From: an uncultured bacterium | GTDB lineage: Bacteria; Krumholzibacteriota; Krumholzibacteriia; JAJRXK01 | Direction: 5' to 3' | DNA length: 57,718 nt | Assembly: GCA_964593155.1 (NCBI GenBank) | Contig: CAZQHE010000007.1 | Coordinates: forward strand, 1-57,718 | Part shown: in pieces, positions 41,039 through 53,450 of the stretch | Numbering within the stretch: position 1 is the stretch's first letter | Layout: every line of letters begins with the position of its first letter | Notes under the pieces: model-generated | The model's database searches: none | Seen by the model: only the letters and a program-made list of their open reading frames with translations | What the model was told of the DNA's origin: nothing | Program-made: the position numbers and the translations under genes

Positions 41039-41582
41039 TCCCGTCGTCGCCAGTCGTTACGCGGAGGCCCTGCTCGAGTCGGTCACCGACCCGGGGCAGC
41101 TCGAGACGGTGCAGGAGAACGTCTCGGCGGTGGCCGCGGTCGTCTCGGACAACATCCAGCTCAAGGCCTTTCTCGAGGGGCCGAGCATCGCCGAGGCCGA
41201 CAAGCACGCCATCGTCGAGAAGGTCTTCGGCGACAAGGTCGACCCGATCACGCGTGATTTCCTGCGGCTGCTGCTCGACAAGCACCGCATCGACCACCTC
41301 GCCGACGTCGCCGAGGAGTTCCAGCGACTGGTCGAGGAGCACCGGGGGCAGGTCCGGGTGAAGGTCACCACGGCCGTTGCCCTCGCGCCCGACGTGCTCG
41401 ACCGCCTGAAGCGGGCGCTCGACGTCAGCCTGGGCCTGGACTGCATCCTGGAGACCCGTGTCGACGACCGGGTGATCGGTGGCGTGGTCGCCGTGATCGG
41501 AGATCGCGTGATCGACGGCAGCATCCGCACCGCCCTCGACGAGATGCGCAAGGAGCTCATGGGGGCCCCTCTCTCTTCCTGA
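41031..41582 (+). CDS. atpH: F1 subunit delta
   Basis: [29 protein letters not shown]. Confidence 0.95.
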   Translation: MADPVVASRYAEALLESVTDPGQLETVQENVSAVAAVVSDNIQLKAFLEGPSIAEADKHAIVEKVFGDKVDPITRDFLRLLLDKHRIDHLADVAEEFQRLVEEHRGQVRVKVTTAVALAPDVLDRLKRALDVSLGLDCILETRVDDRVIGGVVAVIGDRVIDGSIRTALDEMRKELMGAPLSS

Positions 41583-41628
41583 ACCGAACCCGATCCGACT
41601 CGAGGCCGCTCGAACAAGGAGTCCAGCC

Positions 41629-43140
<1,512 letters not shown>

Positions 43141-43143
43141 CGC

Positions 43144-44013
43144 ATGCCTGCCTCGCTGAAGGAACTCGACCGCCGGATCCGGTCGGTCAAGAACACGCAG
43201 CAGATCACGCGGGCCATGAAGATGGTCGCCGCGGCGAAGCTGCGGCGTTCCCAGGACCGCCTGGTCGCGGCCCGGCCCTACGCGGCCAAGCTCGACGAGC
43301 TCCTGCGGGGTCTGGCCGGCACCAGCATCGACCATCCGTTCTTCGAGGAGCGCGAGCTGAAGAAGCGGCTGGTGGTGGTCGTCAGTTCGGACAAGGGCCT
43401 GTGCGGCAGCTACAACGCGAACATCACGCGCGAGGCCGAGCTGTGGCTGAAGGGCCCCGGCGACGACGGCGTCGACAACGTGCTGTACGTCGTCGGGCGG
43501 AAGGCCAACGACTACTTCAAGCGCCGCCGGTGGCCGATCGACACCGCGATCACCGACCTGAACGGGGCCATCGACCTCGGTCGCTTCAACGCGGTGGCCG
43601 ACGAGCTCATGCAGCGCTTCGTCGACGACGAGTTCCAGGAGGTCGTCGTCTTCTACACGCGCTTCGTCTCGACCTTGAGCTACCGTCCCACCCACACCAT
43701 GTTGCTGCCCCTGAAGCCGGCCGAGGAACAGGACGGGGCCGAGGCGACGAGCACCGCCGACTACATCTACGAACCCTCGGCCGAGGCAGTTCTCACCGCT
43801 CTGCTGCCGAAGTCGATCCGCAACCGTGTGTTCAACGCGCTGGCCGAAGCCTTCACGAGCGAACACGGCGCGCGCATGACCAGCATGGGTTCGGCCACGG
43901 ACAACGCCGGGGAGCTGATCGACACCCTGACGTTGTACCGCAACCGTGCCCGCCAGGCCGCGATCACCCAGGAGATCAGTGAGATCGTCGGCGGCGCCAA
44001 CGCGCTCGCCTGA
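43144..44013 (+). CDS. atpG: F1 subunit gamma
   Basis: QITRAMKMVAAAKL, SDKGLCGSYN, SEHGARM, RQAAITQEI. Confidence 0.98.
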   Translation: MPASLKELDRRIRSVKNTQQITRAMKMVAAAKLRRSQDRLVAARPYAAKLDELLRGLAGTSIDHPFFEERELKKRLVVVVSSDKGLCGSYNANITREAELWLKGPGDDGVDNVLYVVGRKANDYFKRRRWPIDTAITDLNGAIDLGRFNAVADELMQRFVDDEFQEVVVFYTRFVSTLSYRPTHTMLLPLKPAEEQDGAEATSTADYIYEPSAEAVLTALLPKSIRNRVFNALAEAFTSEHGARMTSMGSATDNAGELIDTLTLYRNRARQAAITQEISEIVGGANALA

Positions 44014-44021
44014 ACGTCTGA

Positions 44022-45452
<1,431 letters not shown>

Positions 45453-45483
45453 GCCGGACCGGATCCCGGAAGGAGTCACCGCA

Positions 45484-45915
45484 GTGTCGCGCAAGACCTA
45501 CCAGCTGAGCATCGTCACGCCCGAGCGGACGGTCTACGACGCCGAGGTCAACAGCACGATCCTTCCGGCCGAGGGCGGATACCTCGGGGTGTGGGCCGAC
45601 CACGCGCCGATGGTCGCCGCCGTGAGTCCGGGCATGGTCACGCTCTACGAGGGCAGCAGCGAACAGGAGACCGCCCACTACGCCGTGGGGGCGGGCTTCG
45701 CCGAGGTGAGCGGCGGCAAGATGATCCTGATCGTCGACACCTGCGAGCTCGAGGACGACATCGACGCCCAGCGCGCCGAGCGCTCCCTCGAGCGCGCGAA
45801 GGAGCTCCTGAAGCAGGCCCTGCGCGGCGACGAGGGAGTCGACCTCGAGGCGGCCCAGCAGATGAAGGATCGCGCCGAGGCCCGGATCAAGGTCGCCTAC
45901 CTGCGCGGCAAGTAG
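45484..45915 (+). CDS. atpC: F1 subunit epsilon
   Basis: LSIVTPE, GYLGVWADHAP, GFAEV, AQRAERSLERA. Confidence 0.96.
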   Translation: MSRKTYQLSIVTPERTVYDAEVNSTILPAEGGYLGVWADHAPMVAAVSPGMVTLYEGSSEQETAHYAVGAGFAEVSGGKMILIVDTCELEDDIDAQRAERSLERAKELLKQALRGDEGVDLEAAQQMKDRAEARIKVAYLRGK

Positions 45916-45923
45916 GCGGCAGC

Positions 45924-46346
45924 TCAGTCCTCGCGGATCGGCTTGCGCCGGGTGCGTTTGATCTCGCCCCGGCGCTTCTTCTCGTCCACGCGCCGGCGCC
46001 TGGCGGTCCGCGAGGGCTTCGTGGCCTTGCGCGGCGGATCGGTGCGCAGGGCACCGGCCACCAGCTCCGCCAGCCGCTGCACCGCCGCGTCGCGATTGCG
46101 GCTCTGGCTGCGGTGCTTCTGCGAGGCCACGCGCAGCCAGCCCTCGCGGCTGATCCGGTTCGAGAGGCGCTCGAGGATCCGCTCGCGCTGTGCGTCGTCG
46201 AGCGACGGCGAGGTCTTCACGTTCCACAGGACGACCACACGCGTGTTCGAACGGTTCACGTGCTGACCGCCCGGGCCCTGGGCGGTGGTCGCGTGGAACT
46301 GCAGCTCGTCGTCGTCGATCGCGAGCCGGTCGTCGATGCGGATCAT
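45924..46346 (-). CDS. arfB: Alternative ribosome rescue peptidyl-tRNA hydrolase ArfB
   Basis: GPGGQHVN (GGQ), RSQSRNR, basic tail RKATKPSRTARRRR. Confidence 0.95.
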   Translation of the reverse strand: MIRIDDRLAIDDDELQFHATTAQGPGGQHVNRSNTRVVVLWNVKTSPSLDDAQRERILERLSNRISREGWLRVASQKHRSQSRNRDAAVQRLAELVAGALRTDPPRKATKPSRTARRRRVDEKKRRGEIKRTRRKPIRED

Positions 46347-46353
46347 GGCGGAC

Positions 46354-46836
46354 TCAGTGCGCGTTCTCGGTCGCCGTTCCGTCGTCGCGCGCGGATCGGC
46401 GGTCGCCCGCGGCGGCCAGCGACTCGTCGTAGCTCGGCAGCCCCGCGATCAGCAGGACCACGAGCAACCCCAGGCCCATCCACAGGGCCTGCAGCAGCGG
46501 GTCTCCCAGGGCCAGCCACGACGACAGCCCGAAGGCCAGCAGCACCGCGACGATCGCCCGGGGCTTCACACGCTTCGGAATGCGCCGGTGGTTCCGCCAG
46601 GCGTGCAGGGGTGGTCCGACCACGGGGTGGTTCAAGAGCCAGTTGTAGAAGCGGTCGTTCGCCCGCGCGAAGCAGGCGGCGGCGATCAGCAGGAAGGGCA
46701 TGCCCGGAAGCAGCGGGAGCACCACGCCGGCGATGCCCAGGCCCGCGCAAACCACGCCGACGCCGATCAGGATCCAGCGCACGGCTCGGTGTCGGTGCGG
46801 GCGGACCTCCTGCGTGAAGTCTCGGCGTGCGGGCAT
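46354..46836 (-). CDS. YbaN/DUF454-family inner-membrane protein
   Basis: GIAGVVLPLLPGMPFLLIAAACFAR...WLLNHP..GP.L..W. Confidence 0.85.
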   Translation of the reverse strand: MPARRDFTQEVRPHRHRAVRWILIGVGVVCAGLGIAGVVLPLLPGMPFLLIAAACFARANDRFYNWLLNHPVVGPPLHAWRNHRRIPKRVKPRAIVAVLLAFGLSSWLALGDPLLQALWMGLGLLVVLLIAGLPSYDESLAAAGDRRSARDDGTATENAH

Positions 46837-47061
46837 GTCGACTCGCGGGGGCGGGGCACGGGGACTGTGGCTCCGATATCGGCACGTCGCGCACCGGGGT
46901 GAGAAGATAATCCCATGTGGACGATTCGCCGCACGGCAGCCGTCGGACGCGCGGCCGGACCGGCCACCTCGTCCGTGACCCCGTCCCCATCGGGCGTTAG
47001 GCTTCGTACGCCGGCGACGGCGCGCGCCGCCGGCCGTTCCGACCCACGCCGAGAGAAGACC

Positions 47062-47937
47062 ATGAGCGAGCACGACCCCGCGATCCAGGGCTGGCAGCCC
47101 CTGCCGACCGTCCATCCCGACGCCTTGACCGAGGCCCGCCTGCAGCTGCACTGGGCGGCGCAGGTCCTGGCCTCGATCGGTTACACGCACCTGCAGCAGG
47201 CCGACGACGACGGCCAGAGCAACATGGGCTGGGTCGACGGCATGCAACTGCTGGCCGGCCGCTACCTCGACGACGAGCCCACGGGCTTCGGGTCGATGAC
47301 GCCGGCGGCGCTGAAGTTGGCCTTCCACGAGCCGGGCGGCGAGGAGATCGTCCCCATCGAGCTGCGCGGACGGACCCTCGACGAGGCCTACGAGGCGATG
47401 GAGTCCGCCATCGCCGAGCGCCGGAACCAGCCGAAGCAGACGCTGAAGCGGCCGTCGTACGACCTGCCCGACCACCCGGTGGCCGACGGGGCAAAGTTCG
47501 GCGATGCAACCGAAGCGGCGCTGAAAGCCTTGCACGCGTGGTTCCACGATGCCAACCTCGTCATGCGTGATCTGCGGGCGAAGACCGAGGGCGCCACGCT
47601 CCCCCGCGTGTGGCCCCACCACTTCGACATGGGCATGCTGATCTCGCTCGAGGGGCACGGCGATCCGCAGAAGGGCCGCTCGATCGGAATCGGCCTGAGC
47701 CCCGGCGACGACAGCGACGCCGCCCCGTACTGGTACGTGGCCCCCTACCCGACTCCCGACCTGGGAGGCGACGCGCCCGAGCCGGCCGTCGGCGAGTGGA
47801 CCACCCAGGGCTTCGTGGGCATGAAGCTCGACGCCGTCACCGCCATCGGCGACGGGGCCGGACCCGGTCAGGAGTCCTTGGCGCGCGAGTTCGTCGGTGA
47901 CGCGGTCGCGGTGTGCCGGCGCCTGCTCGGAACCTGA
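47062..47937 (+). CDS. Hypothetical protein (possibly DUF5996-like)
   Basis: ARLQLHWAAQ, DDGQSNMGW, PRVWPHHFD, PYWYVAPYP; coding-type codon bias. Confidence 0.6.
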   Translation: MSEHDPAIQGWQPLPTVHPDALTEARLQLHWAAQVLASIGYTHLQQADDDGQSNMGWVDGMQLLAGRYLDDEPTGFGSMTPAALKLAFHEPGGEEIVPIELRGRTLDEAYEAMESAIAERRNQPKQTLKRPSYDLPDHPVADGAKFGDATEAALKALHAWFHDANLVMRDLRAKTEGATLPRVWPHHFDMGMLISLEGHGDPQKGRSIGIGLSPGDDSDAAPYWYVAPYPTPDLGGDAPEPAVGEWTTQGFVGMKLDAVTAIGDGAGPGQESLAREFVGDAVAVCRRLLGT

Positions 47938-47951
47938 GTCCGCGTCCGGGG

Positions 47952-48305
47952 TCAGAGCAGAGGTGGAGCCGGAGCGGCCTGGTCCGGACCGAGCCGACCG
48001 ACCTCGACGCGCGCCCGCAGGTAGCTCTGCCGCTCCACCGGGTGGCCTTCGAGCCGCCGCATCAGCGCGAGCTGGCCGACGTGCGTGAGCACGTCCGAGT
48101 ACGGTCCCTGGAGCAGAGTCTCCGGGGGCCACTCCCGGGCCTGGGTCCCACTCGCTTGGTGGGCGTCGAGCCGTTCCAGCTCGGCGTGCATCGCGGCGAC
48201 CAGCTCGTCCCAGGTCCAGCTCCCACGGACGGGCGCGTCGACGACGACGGCGCGGAAGCGATAGGCGATCGTGGCCAGCAGATGCCGCAGGGGATCGAAC
48301 TCCAT
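47952..48305 (-). CDS. DinB/YfiT-like helical-bundle protein
   Basis: LRHLLATIAYR...QGPYSDVLTHVGQLALMRR. AGGAGG RBS. Confidence 0.55.
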   Translation of the reverse strand: MEFDPLRHLLATIAYRFRAVVVDAPVRGSWTWDELVAAMHAELERLDAHQASGTQAREWPPETLLQGPYSDVLTHVGQLALMRRLEGHPVERQSYLRARVEVGRLGPDQAAPAPPLL

Positions 48306-48491
48306 GGCGACCTCCTTGCCGGGGGCTGGTCAGCCTATCACGATCACCGGAGACCCGCGGGGTACCGCCACCGCCGGACGTCACGCCGGCCGATGCTGGC
48401 CGTACGGCCGCCTGGCCGGTACCTTGATCCGCACTCCGGCGGCCGTCCGCGTATCGGCGCGCCGTCTCTTCCGCCGCCCCGTCCACGAGTC

Positions 48492-49907
48492 ATGTCGCTG
48501 CGCCCGACTCCCGGATCCGACCCGACCACCGAGCGCCTGGACCGCGCCTTCGCGTTGCTGCGGTCCCACCTCGACGACGAGCGGTCGCAGCCGGTGATCT
48601 CCCACGCCGATCCGGCCGAGCTGCTCGACCGCATCGACTTCGACCTCGGGACCGATCCCGTCGACGACGACCGCCTGTTCGCCACGCTCGAACAGGTCGT
48701 CGCCGCGACCCCGCGCACGACCACTCGGCGGTTCTTCAACCAGCTCTTCAGCGGTCGCGACGACTTCGGCACCATCGGCGAACTCATCGCCTCGTTCCTC
48801 AATTCGTCGATGTACACCTTCAAGGCGGCCGGGCCGCAGGTGCTGCTCGAGCGCGCGGTGACCCGGCACATGGCGGGCAAGGTCGGGCTGGACGGTGGTG
48901 AGGGCGTGTTCGTGCCGGGCGGGTCGATCTCGAATCTCGTCGGCATGGTCATGGCCCGCGACGCGCACCGGCCCGCGAGCCGCGACGACGGCCTGCACGA
49001 CGGGCCGCCGCTGATGCTCTACGCCTCGCGGCTGGCCCACTACTCGATCCCGAAGAACGCGAACATGCTGGGGCTGGGCCGCTCTGCGGTGCGGCCGGTC
49101 GACGTCGACGAGCGGGGCCGCATGCGCCCCGATGCCCTGCGCCGCGCCATCGAGGTCGACCGCGCCGAGGGCCGCGATCCCTTCCTGGTGGTCGCCACCT
49201 CGGGTACCACCGTCCTCGGCGCCTTCGACCCCCTGCCGCAGATCGCCGACGTGGCCGCCGAGCACGGGCTGTGGCTGCACGTCGACGGCGCGCTCGGCGG
49301 CAGCGTCTCGCTCAGCGATCGTCACCGGCACCTGATCGACGGCAGTGGGCGCGCCGATTCCTTCACCTGGAACGCCCACAAGATGCTGGGGGTGCCGCTG
49401 GCGGCCTCGGTGATCCTGACCCGCGAGGCCGGCCGTCTGCGCGCCAGCATGGACGAGCACGCCAGCTATCTCTTCCAGGCCCCCGACTCCGAGTACGAGC
49501 ACGGGACCATGTCGCCGCAGTGCGGCCGGCGCAACGACGCCCTCAAGCTGTGGGCCTCGTGGAAGAGCCACGGCGACCGGGGCCTGGGCGCCCGCGTGGA
49601 CCGGTTGTTCGGGCTGGCCCGTCACGCCGCCGGCCGGGTGAAGGCCGAGCCCACGCTGACCCTGACCCGTGAGCCCGAGTCCGTGACCGTGTGCTTCGAG
49701 GTCGACGGCCGCCGCAGCGACGACGTTTGCGAGCGCCTGCGGCGCGAGTCCCGTGCCCTGGTCGGCTATGGCGACGTCGACGACCGCCGGGTGATCCGCC
49801 TGGCCGTCGTGAACGGCGCCCTCGACGAGACCGACGTCGACGCCTTCTTCGACGAGGTGCTCGCCGTTGCGCCGCACAGTGAACAGGGCGACAACGCCCT
49901 GCGCTGA
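48492..49907 (+). CDS. Group II PLP-dependent amino-acid decarboxylase (GAD/CSAD/ADC-like)
   Basis: FFNQLFSG, PGGSISN, HYSI.K, ATSGTTVLGAFDP, WLHVDGALGG, DSFTWNAHK (PLP Lys), QCGRRND. Confidence 0.88.
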   Translation: MSLRPTPGSDPTTERLDRAFALLRSHLDDERSQPVISHADPAELLDRIDFDLGTDPVDDDRLFATLEQVVAATPRTTTRRFFNQLFSGRDDFGTIGELIASFLNSSMYTFKAAGPQVLLERAVTRHMAGKVGLDGGEGVFVPGGSISNLVGMVMARDAHRPASRDDGLHDGPPLMLYASRLAHYSIPKNANMLGLGRSAVRPVDVDERGRMRPDALRRAIEVDRAEGRDPFLVVATSGTTVLGAFDPLPQIADVAAEHGLWLHVDGALGGSVSLSDRHRHLIDGSGRADSFTWNAHKMLGVPLAASVILTREAGRLRASMDEHASYLFQAPDSEYEHGTMSPQCGRRNDALKLWASWKSHGDRGLGARVDRLFGLARHAAGRVKAEPTLTLTREPESVTVCFEVDGRRSDDVCERLRRESRALVGYGDVDDRRVIRLAVVNGALDETDVDAFFDEVLAVAPHSEQGDNALR

Positions 49908-49962
49908 GACGCAAACGTCCCCTCCGACACCTCATCCGGAGAAAGCCGAGGTTTCATCCCGG

Positions 49963-50000
49963 CTTAACTCCGCCCTCACACACGGTCACTAGACTGTCGC
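49963..50000 (+). promoter_or_regulatory. Pho-box-like direct-repeat array
   Basis: CGGTCAC-TAGA-CTGTCGC (11-bp period), with further TAAC (49965) and TCAC (49976) half-site cores at 11/10-bp spacing. Confidence 0.4.
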
Positions 50001-50154
50001 CCGTCCGATACTCGACACATCCGGACGCGCTCGAAAAAACCACCTTCCACTCCGAGCACTCCCGGTCCGGTCGGTTCCGACCCGGGCCGGAACGGATCGT
50101 TCGGTTCGCCGACGATTTCGCCTCTCTCTGCTCCTCTTGGAGGTACCCTACACC

Positions 50155-53100
50155 ATGATTCGTCAGCTCAAGGGCATTGGTCTCTTGGCTCTCGGACTGG
50201 TCGTGCTCGCCGGCCCCGCGTTCGCGCAGGGCATCATCTACGACTCGAACATCCTGTTCGGGAACAACGGTGGCGGCACGCAGTTCGACACCGACGTCGG
50301 TTCCGGTGGCGACACCGAAGCCTTCGTCACGAGCAACTTCTCGCGAAACCTGATCGGCGTCGATCCCCTGCTGGAGTCCACGTACAACTCCATCGAGGGT
50401 CCCTGGCGCCCCACCTCTGGCAGCCCCGCGGTCTTCGGCAACACCGGCGCGGTGCAGCTGCTCAAGGCCTCCGACCTCGACCCCTTCTTCGACGACGTGC
50501 CCTACGCGGGCGCGCTCAGCCCGGATCCGGACGAGGACTGGACCCGCGGCGGCTGGCTCTACACCAACACCGATGGCGGCCTCGGCCGTGACGACATCGA
50601 CTTCGGCCTGCCCGTCGTCACCGTCAGCGGCAACGTTCCGCCGGGCACCACCTGGACCGCCGACAACCGCTACGAACTCGTCGGCCGGGTGACCGTGCCC
50701 GACGGCGTGACCCTGGTCATCGAGCCGGGCGTCGTCGTGACCGGCTCGCCGGGCACCAACGCCTACCTGGCCGTCGACCGCGGTGGTCGGGTGCAGGCCG
50801 TGGGTACGGCGCAGGAGCCGATCATCTTCACCTCCGGCGCTCCGCTGGGCTCGCAGGCCCCGGGCGACTGGTCGGGTGTGCTGATCAACGGCCGCGCCGT
50901 TGCCAACTGCGACATCGACCCGTCGGCCTCGGTGGACTGCCGCGCCACCAACGATCCGGCGGGGCCCTTCAGCTGTGAGTCCGAGGGCAACGGTGGCCTC
51001 TTCGGTGGCACCGACGACGCCGACGACAGCGGTATCCTGCGCTACGTGCGCTCGGAGTACGCCGGTCTCGAGATCAGCCCGAACAACGAGCTGAACGCCT
51101 TCACGTTCAACGCCGTCGGCACGGGCACGACGCTGGAGTTCCTGCAGACCTTCCGCAGCACCGACGACCACTTCGAGTGGTTCGGTGGCGCGGTGCGCAG
51201 CCGTTGGTTCGTGGCCCTCGAGGGCGACGACGACGGTCTGGACTGGCAGCTCGGCTACCGCGGCCGTCACCAGTACGCCATCGTGACCGCCCTGAGCGAT
51301 CAGAACGAGGGCGGCGCGAACCCGACCGGGGCCAACCCCGAGAAGGGGATGGAGTGCGACAACAACGAGGACGACAACGAGTGCCCGAGCGAGTCCGACG
51401 GCATCGTGTCCAACGTCACGCTGATCGGCGGCAGCACCCAGCGCGGTGACAGCAGCACCGGCACCAACTTCCGCCGCGGCACCAACGGTGGTGTGGTCAA
51501 CAGCATCATCGTGGATTTCGACGGGGTTGGCTTCGACATGGACGGGGCGGCGACCTTCGCCAACGGCGTCCGGTCGACCATTCCGGCCGACTTCCAGCCG
51601 GTCGACCCGACCGCCGGAGGCATCACCTTCGACGGCAACTTCCTGTGGAACAACAACGGTGGCGGCACGCAGTACGACACCGACGCGGGCAGCGGTGGCA
51701 ACACCGAGGACTTCGTCACCAGCAACTTCGTGAACAACAGCATCCAGGATCCCCGTCTCGATCCGGACTACACGGTGATCGACGACGGCGGCAACTGGAA
51801 CCTGCAGTCCGACAGCCCCGCGCTGTTCAAGAACGGTGCGTCGTTGCTCCGCGTGAGCGACATCGATCCGTTCTTCGAGGATCGTCAGCACGCCGGTGCC
51901 CTGAGCGACGGCGCGGCGGCCTGGACGCAGGGGTGGATCTACGCCGACCTCGACGGTGGTGCGAGCCGCACCGACATCGACCCGGGTCTGCCGGTCGTGA
52001 CCGTCAGCGGCAACGTCGCGCCGGGAACCACCTGGACGGCCGCCAACCGCTACGAGCTGGTCGGCCGTGTGACGGTGGCCGACGGCGTCACCCTGACGAT
52101 CGAGCCGGGTGTCGTGGTGACCGGTTCGCCGGGCACCAACGCCTACCTGGCCGTCGACCGCGGTGGCCGCATCGAGGCCGAGGGCACCGCCGACCAGCCG
52201 ATCATCTTCACCTCCGGCGCTCCGCTGGGCTCGCAGGCCCCGGGCGACTGGTCGGGTGTGCTGATCAACGGCCGCGCCGTTGCCAACTGCGACATCGACC
52301 CGTCGGCCTCGGTGGACTGCCGCGCCACCAACGATCCGGCGGGGCCCTTCAGCTGTGAGTCCGAGGGCAACGGTGGCCTCTTCGGTGGCACCGACGACGC
52401 CGACGACAGCGGTATCCTGCGCTACGTGCGCTCGGAGTACGCCGGTCTCGAGATCAGCCCGAACAACGAGCTGAACGCCTTCACGTTCAACGCCGTCGGC
52501 ACGGGCACGACGCTGGAGTTCCTGCAGACCTTCCGCAGCACCGACGACCACTTCGAGTGGTTCGGTGGTGCGGTCAAGAGCCGCTACTTCGTCGGCCTCG
52601 AGGGCGACGACGACGGTCTGGACTGGCAGCTCGGCTACCGTGGCCGCCACCAGTTCGCCGTGATCACCGCCCTCGGTCTCGACGGTGCCAACCCCGAGAA
52701 GGGGATGGAGTGCGACAACAACGAGGACGACAACGAGTGCCCGAGCGAGTCGAACGGTATCGTGGCCAACGTCACCCTGATCGGTGGCAACGAGGGTCGC
52801 GGTACCAGCAGCACGGGCATCAACTTCCGGCGCGGGACCAACGGCGGCGTGTTCAACAGCGTCATCGTGGACTTCGCCGGGGTCGCCTTCGACATGGACA
52901 GCGCGGCCACCTTCGCCAACGGCGTCGGTCCCCGTCCGGCTCTGCAGTCGGTGGGCACCGTCACCACGGGCATCGAGGGTGGTATCTCGAACTCCGCGTT
53001 CAACGTGAGCTTCGCGCCGAATCCGGTCCAGGCCGGCAACGGCATGTTCCGCTTCACGCTGCCGAAGTCGAGTGACGTGCAGGTCCGCGTGTTCAACGCG

Positions 53101-53256
53101 CGTGGTCGCCTGGTCGACACGGTCTTCTCGGGCCGTCTCGACGCGGGTACCCGCGAGCTGAGCTGGACCCCCCGCAACCAGGCCAACGGCGTGTACTTCT
53201 ACCAGGTGCAGGCCGGCGGTCAGGTCGCTTCGGGCAAGCTCATGCTCGTGAACTAG
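50155..53256 (+). CDS. Large secreted acidic protein with two tandem beta-helix-like units and a C-terminal T9SS/FlgD-like domain
   Basis: Signal peptide (AFA-Q); repeated TTWTA.NRYELVGRV, PGDWSGVLING, DDSGILRYVRSEYAG, DDHFEWFGG; tail FAPNP...VFNARGRLV...GVYFYQV. Confidence 0.85.
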   Translation: MIRQLKGIGLLALGLVVLAGPAFAQGIIYDSNILFGNNGGGTQFDTDVGSGGDTEAFVTSNFSRNLIGVDPLLESTYNSIEGPWRPTSGSPAVFGNTGAVQLLKASDLDPFFDDVPYAGALSPDPDEDWTRGGWLYTNTDGGLGRDDIDFGLPVVTVSGNVPPGTTWTADNRYELVGRVTVPDGVTLVIEPGVVVTGSPGTNAYLAVDRGGRVQAVGTAQEPIIFTSGAPLGSQAPGDWSGVLINGRAVANCDIDPSASVDCRATNDPAGPFSCESEGNGGLFGGTDDADDSGILRYVRSEYAGLEISPNNELNAFTFNAVGTGTTLEFLQTFRSTDDHFEWFGGAVRSRWFVALEGDDDGLDWQLGYRGRHQYAIVTALSDQNEGGANPTGANPEKGMECDNNEDDNECPSESDGIVSNVTLIGGSTQRGDSSTGTNFRRGTNGGVVNSIIVDFDGVGFDMDGAATFANGVRSTIPADFQPVDPTAGGITFDGNFLWNNNGGGTQYDTDAGSGGNTEDFVTSNFVNNSIQDPRLDPDYTVIDDGGNWNLQSDSPALFKNGASLLRVSDIDPFFEDRQHAGALSDGAAAWTQGWIYADLDGGASRTDIDPGLPVVTVSGNVAPGTTWTAANRYELVGRVTVADGVTLTIEPGVVVTGSPGTNAYLAVDRGGRIEAEGTADQPIIFTSGAPLGSQAPGDWSGVLINGRAVANCDIDPSASVDCRATNDPAGPFSCESEGNGGLFGGTDDADDSGILRYVRSEYAGLEISPNNELNAFTFNAVGTGTTLEFLQTFRSTDDHFEWFGGAVKSRYFVGLEGDDDGLDWQLGYRGRHQFAVITALGLDGANPEKGMECDNNEDDNECPSESNGIVANVTLIGGNEGRGTSSTGINFRRGTNGGVFNSVIVDFAGVAFDMDSAATFANGVGPRPALQSVGTVTTGIEGGISNSAFNVSFAPNPVQAGNGMFRFTLPKSSDVQVRVFNARGRLVDTVFSGRLDAGTRELSWTPRNQANGVYFYQVQAGGQVASGKLMLVN
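50816..51188 (+). repeat. Copy 1 of a 373-bp exact direct repeat
   Basis: Line-by-line identical to 52196-52568 (offset 1380 bp). Confidence 0.95.
52196..52568 (+). repeat. Copy 2 of a 373-bp exact direct repeat
   Basis: Line-by-line identical to 50816-51188. Confidence 0.95.
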
Positions 53257-53262
53257 TTCGAT

Positions 53263-53290
53263 CGGGTTCGGGGCTGCGACCCCGGACTCG
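53263..53290 (+). terminator. Stem-loop between the surface-protein gene and the TBDR gene
   Basis: CGGGTTCGGGG-6 nt-CCCCGGACTCG with no U-tract. Confidence 0.5.
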
Positions 53291-53450
53291 GCGGTACGCA
53301 ACGCCGCGCCGCATCATGACCGAACGCACCACGCGCGGCGTGCGGCCGAACCCGGGGTGGGGCAGTCGGAAGACTGTCCCACCTCCTGGCGTCCAGACCC
53401 TGTGTTCCGGTGACCGGAATCCGGTCGCCCCACCTCGAAGAGAGGCCCCC

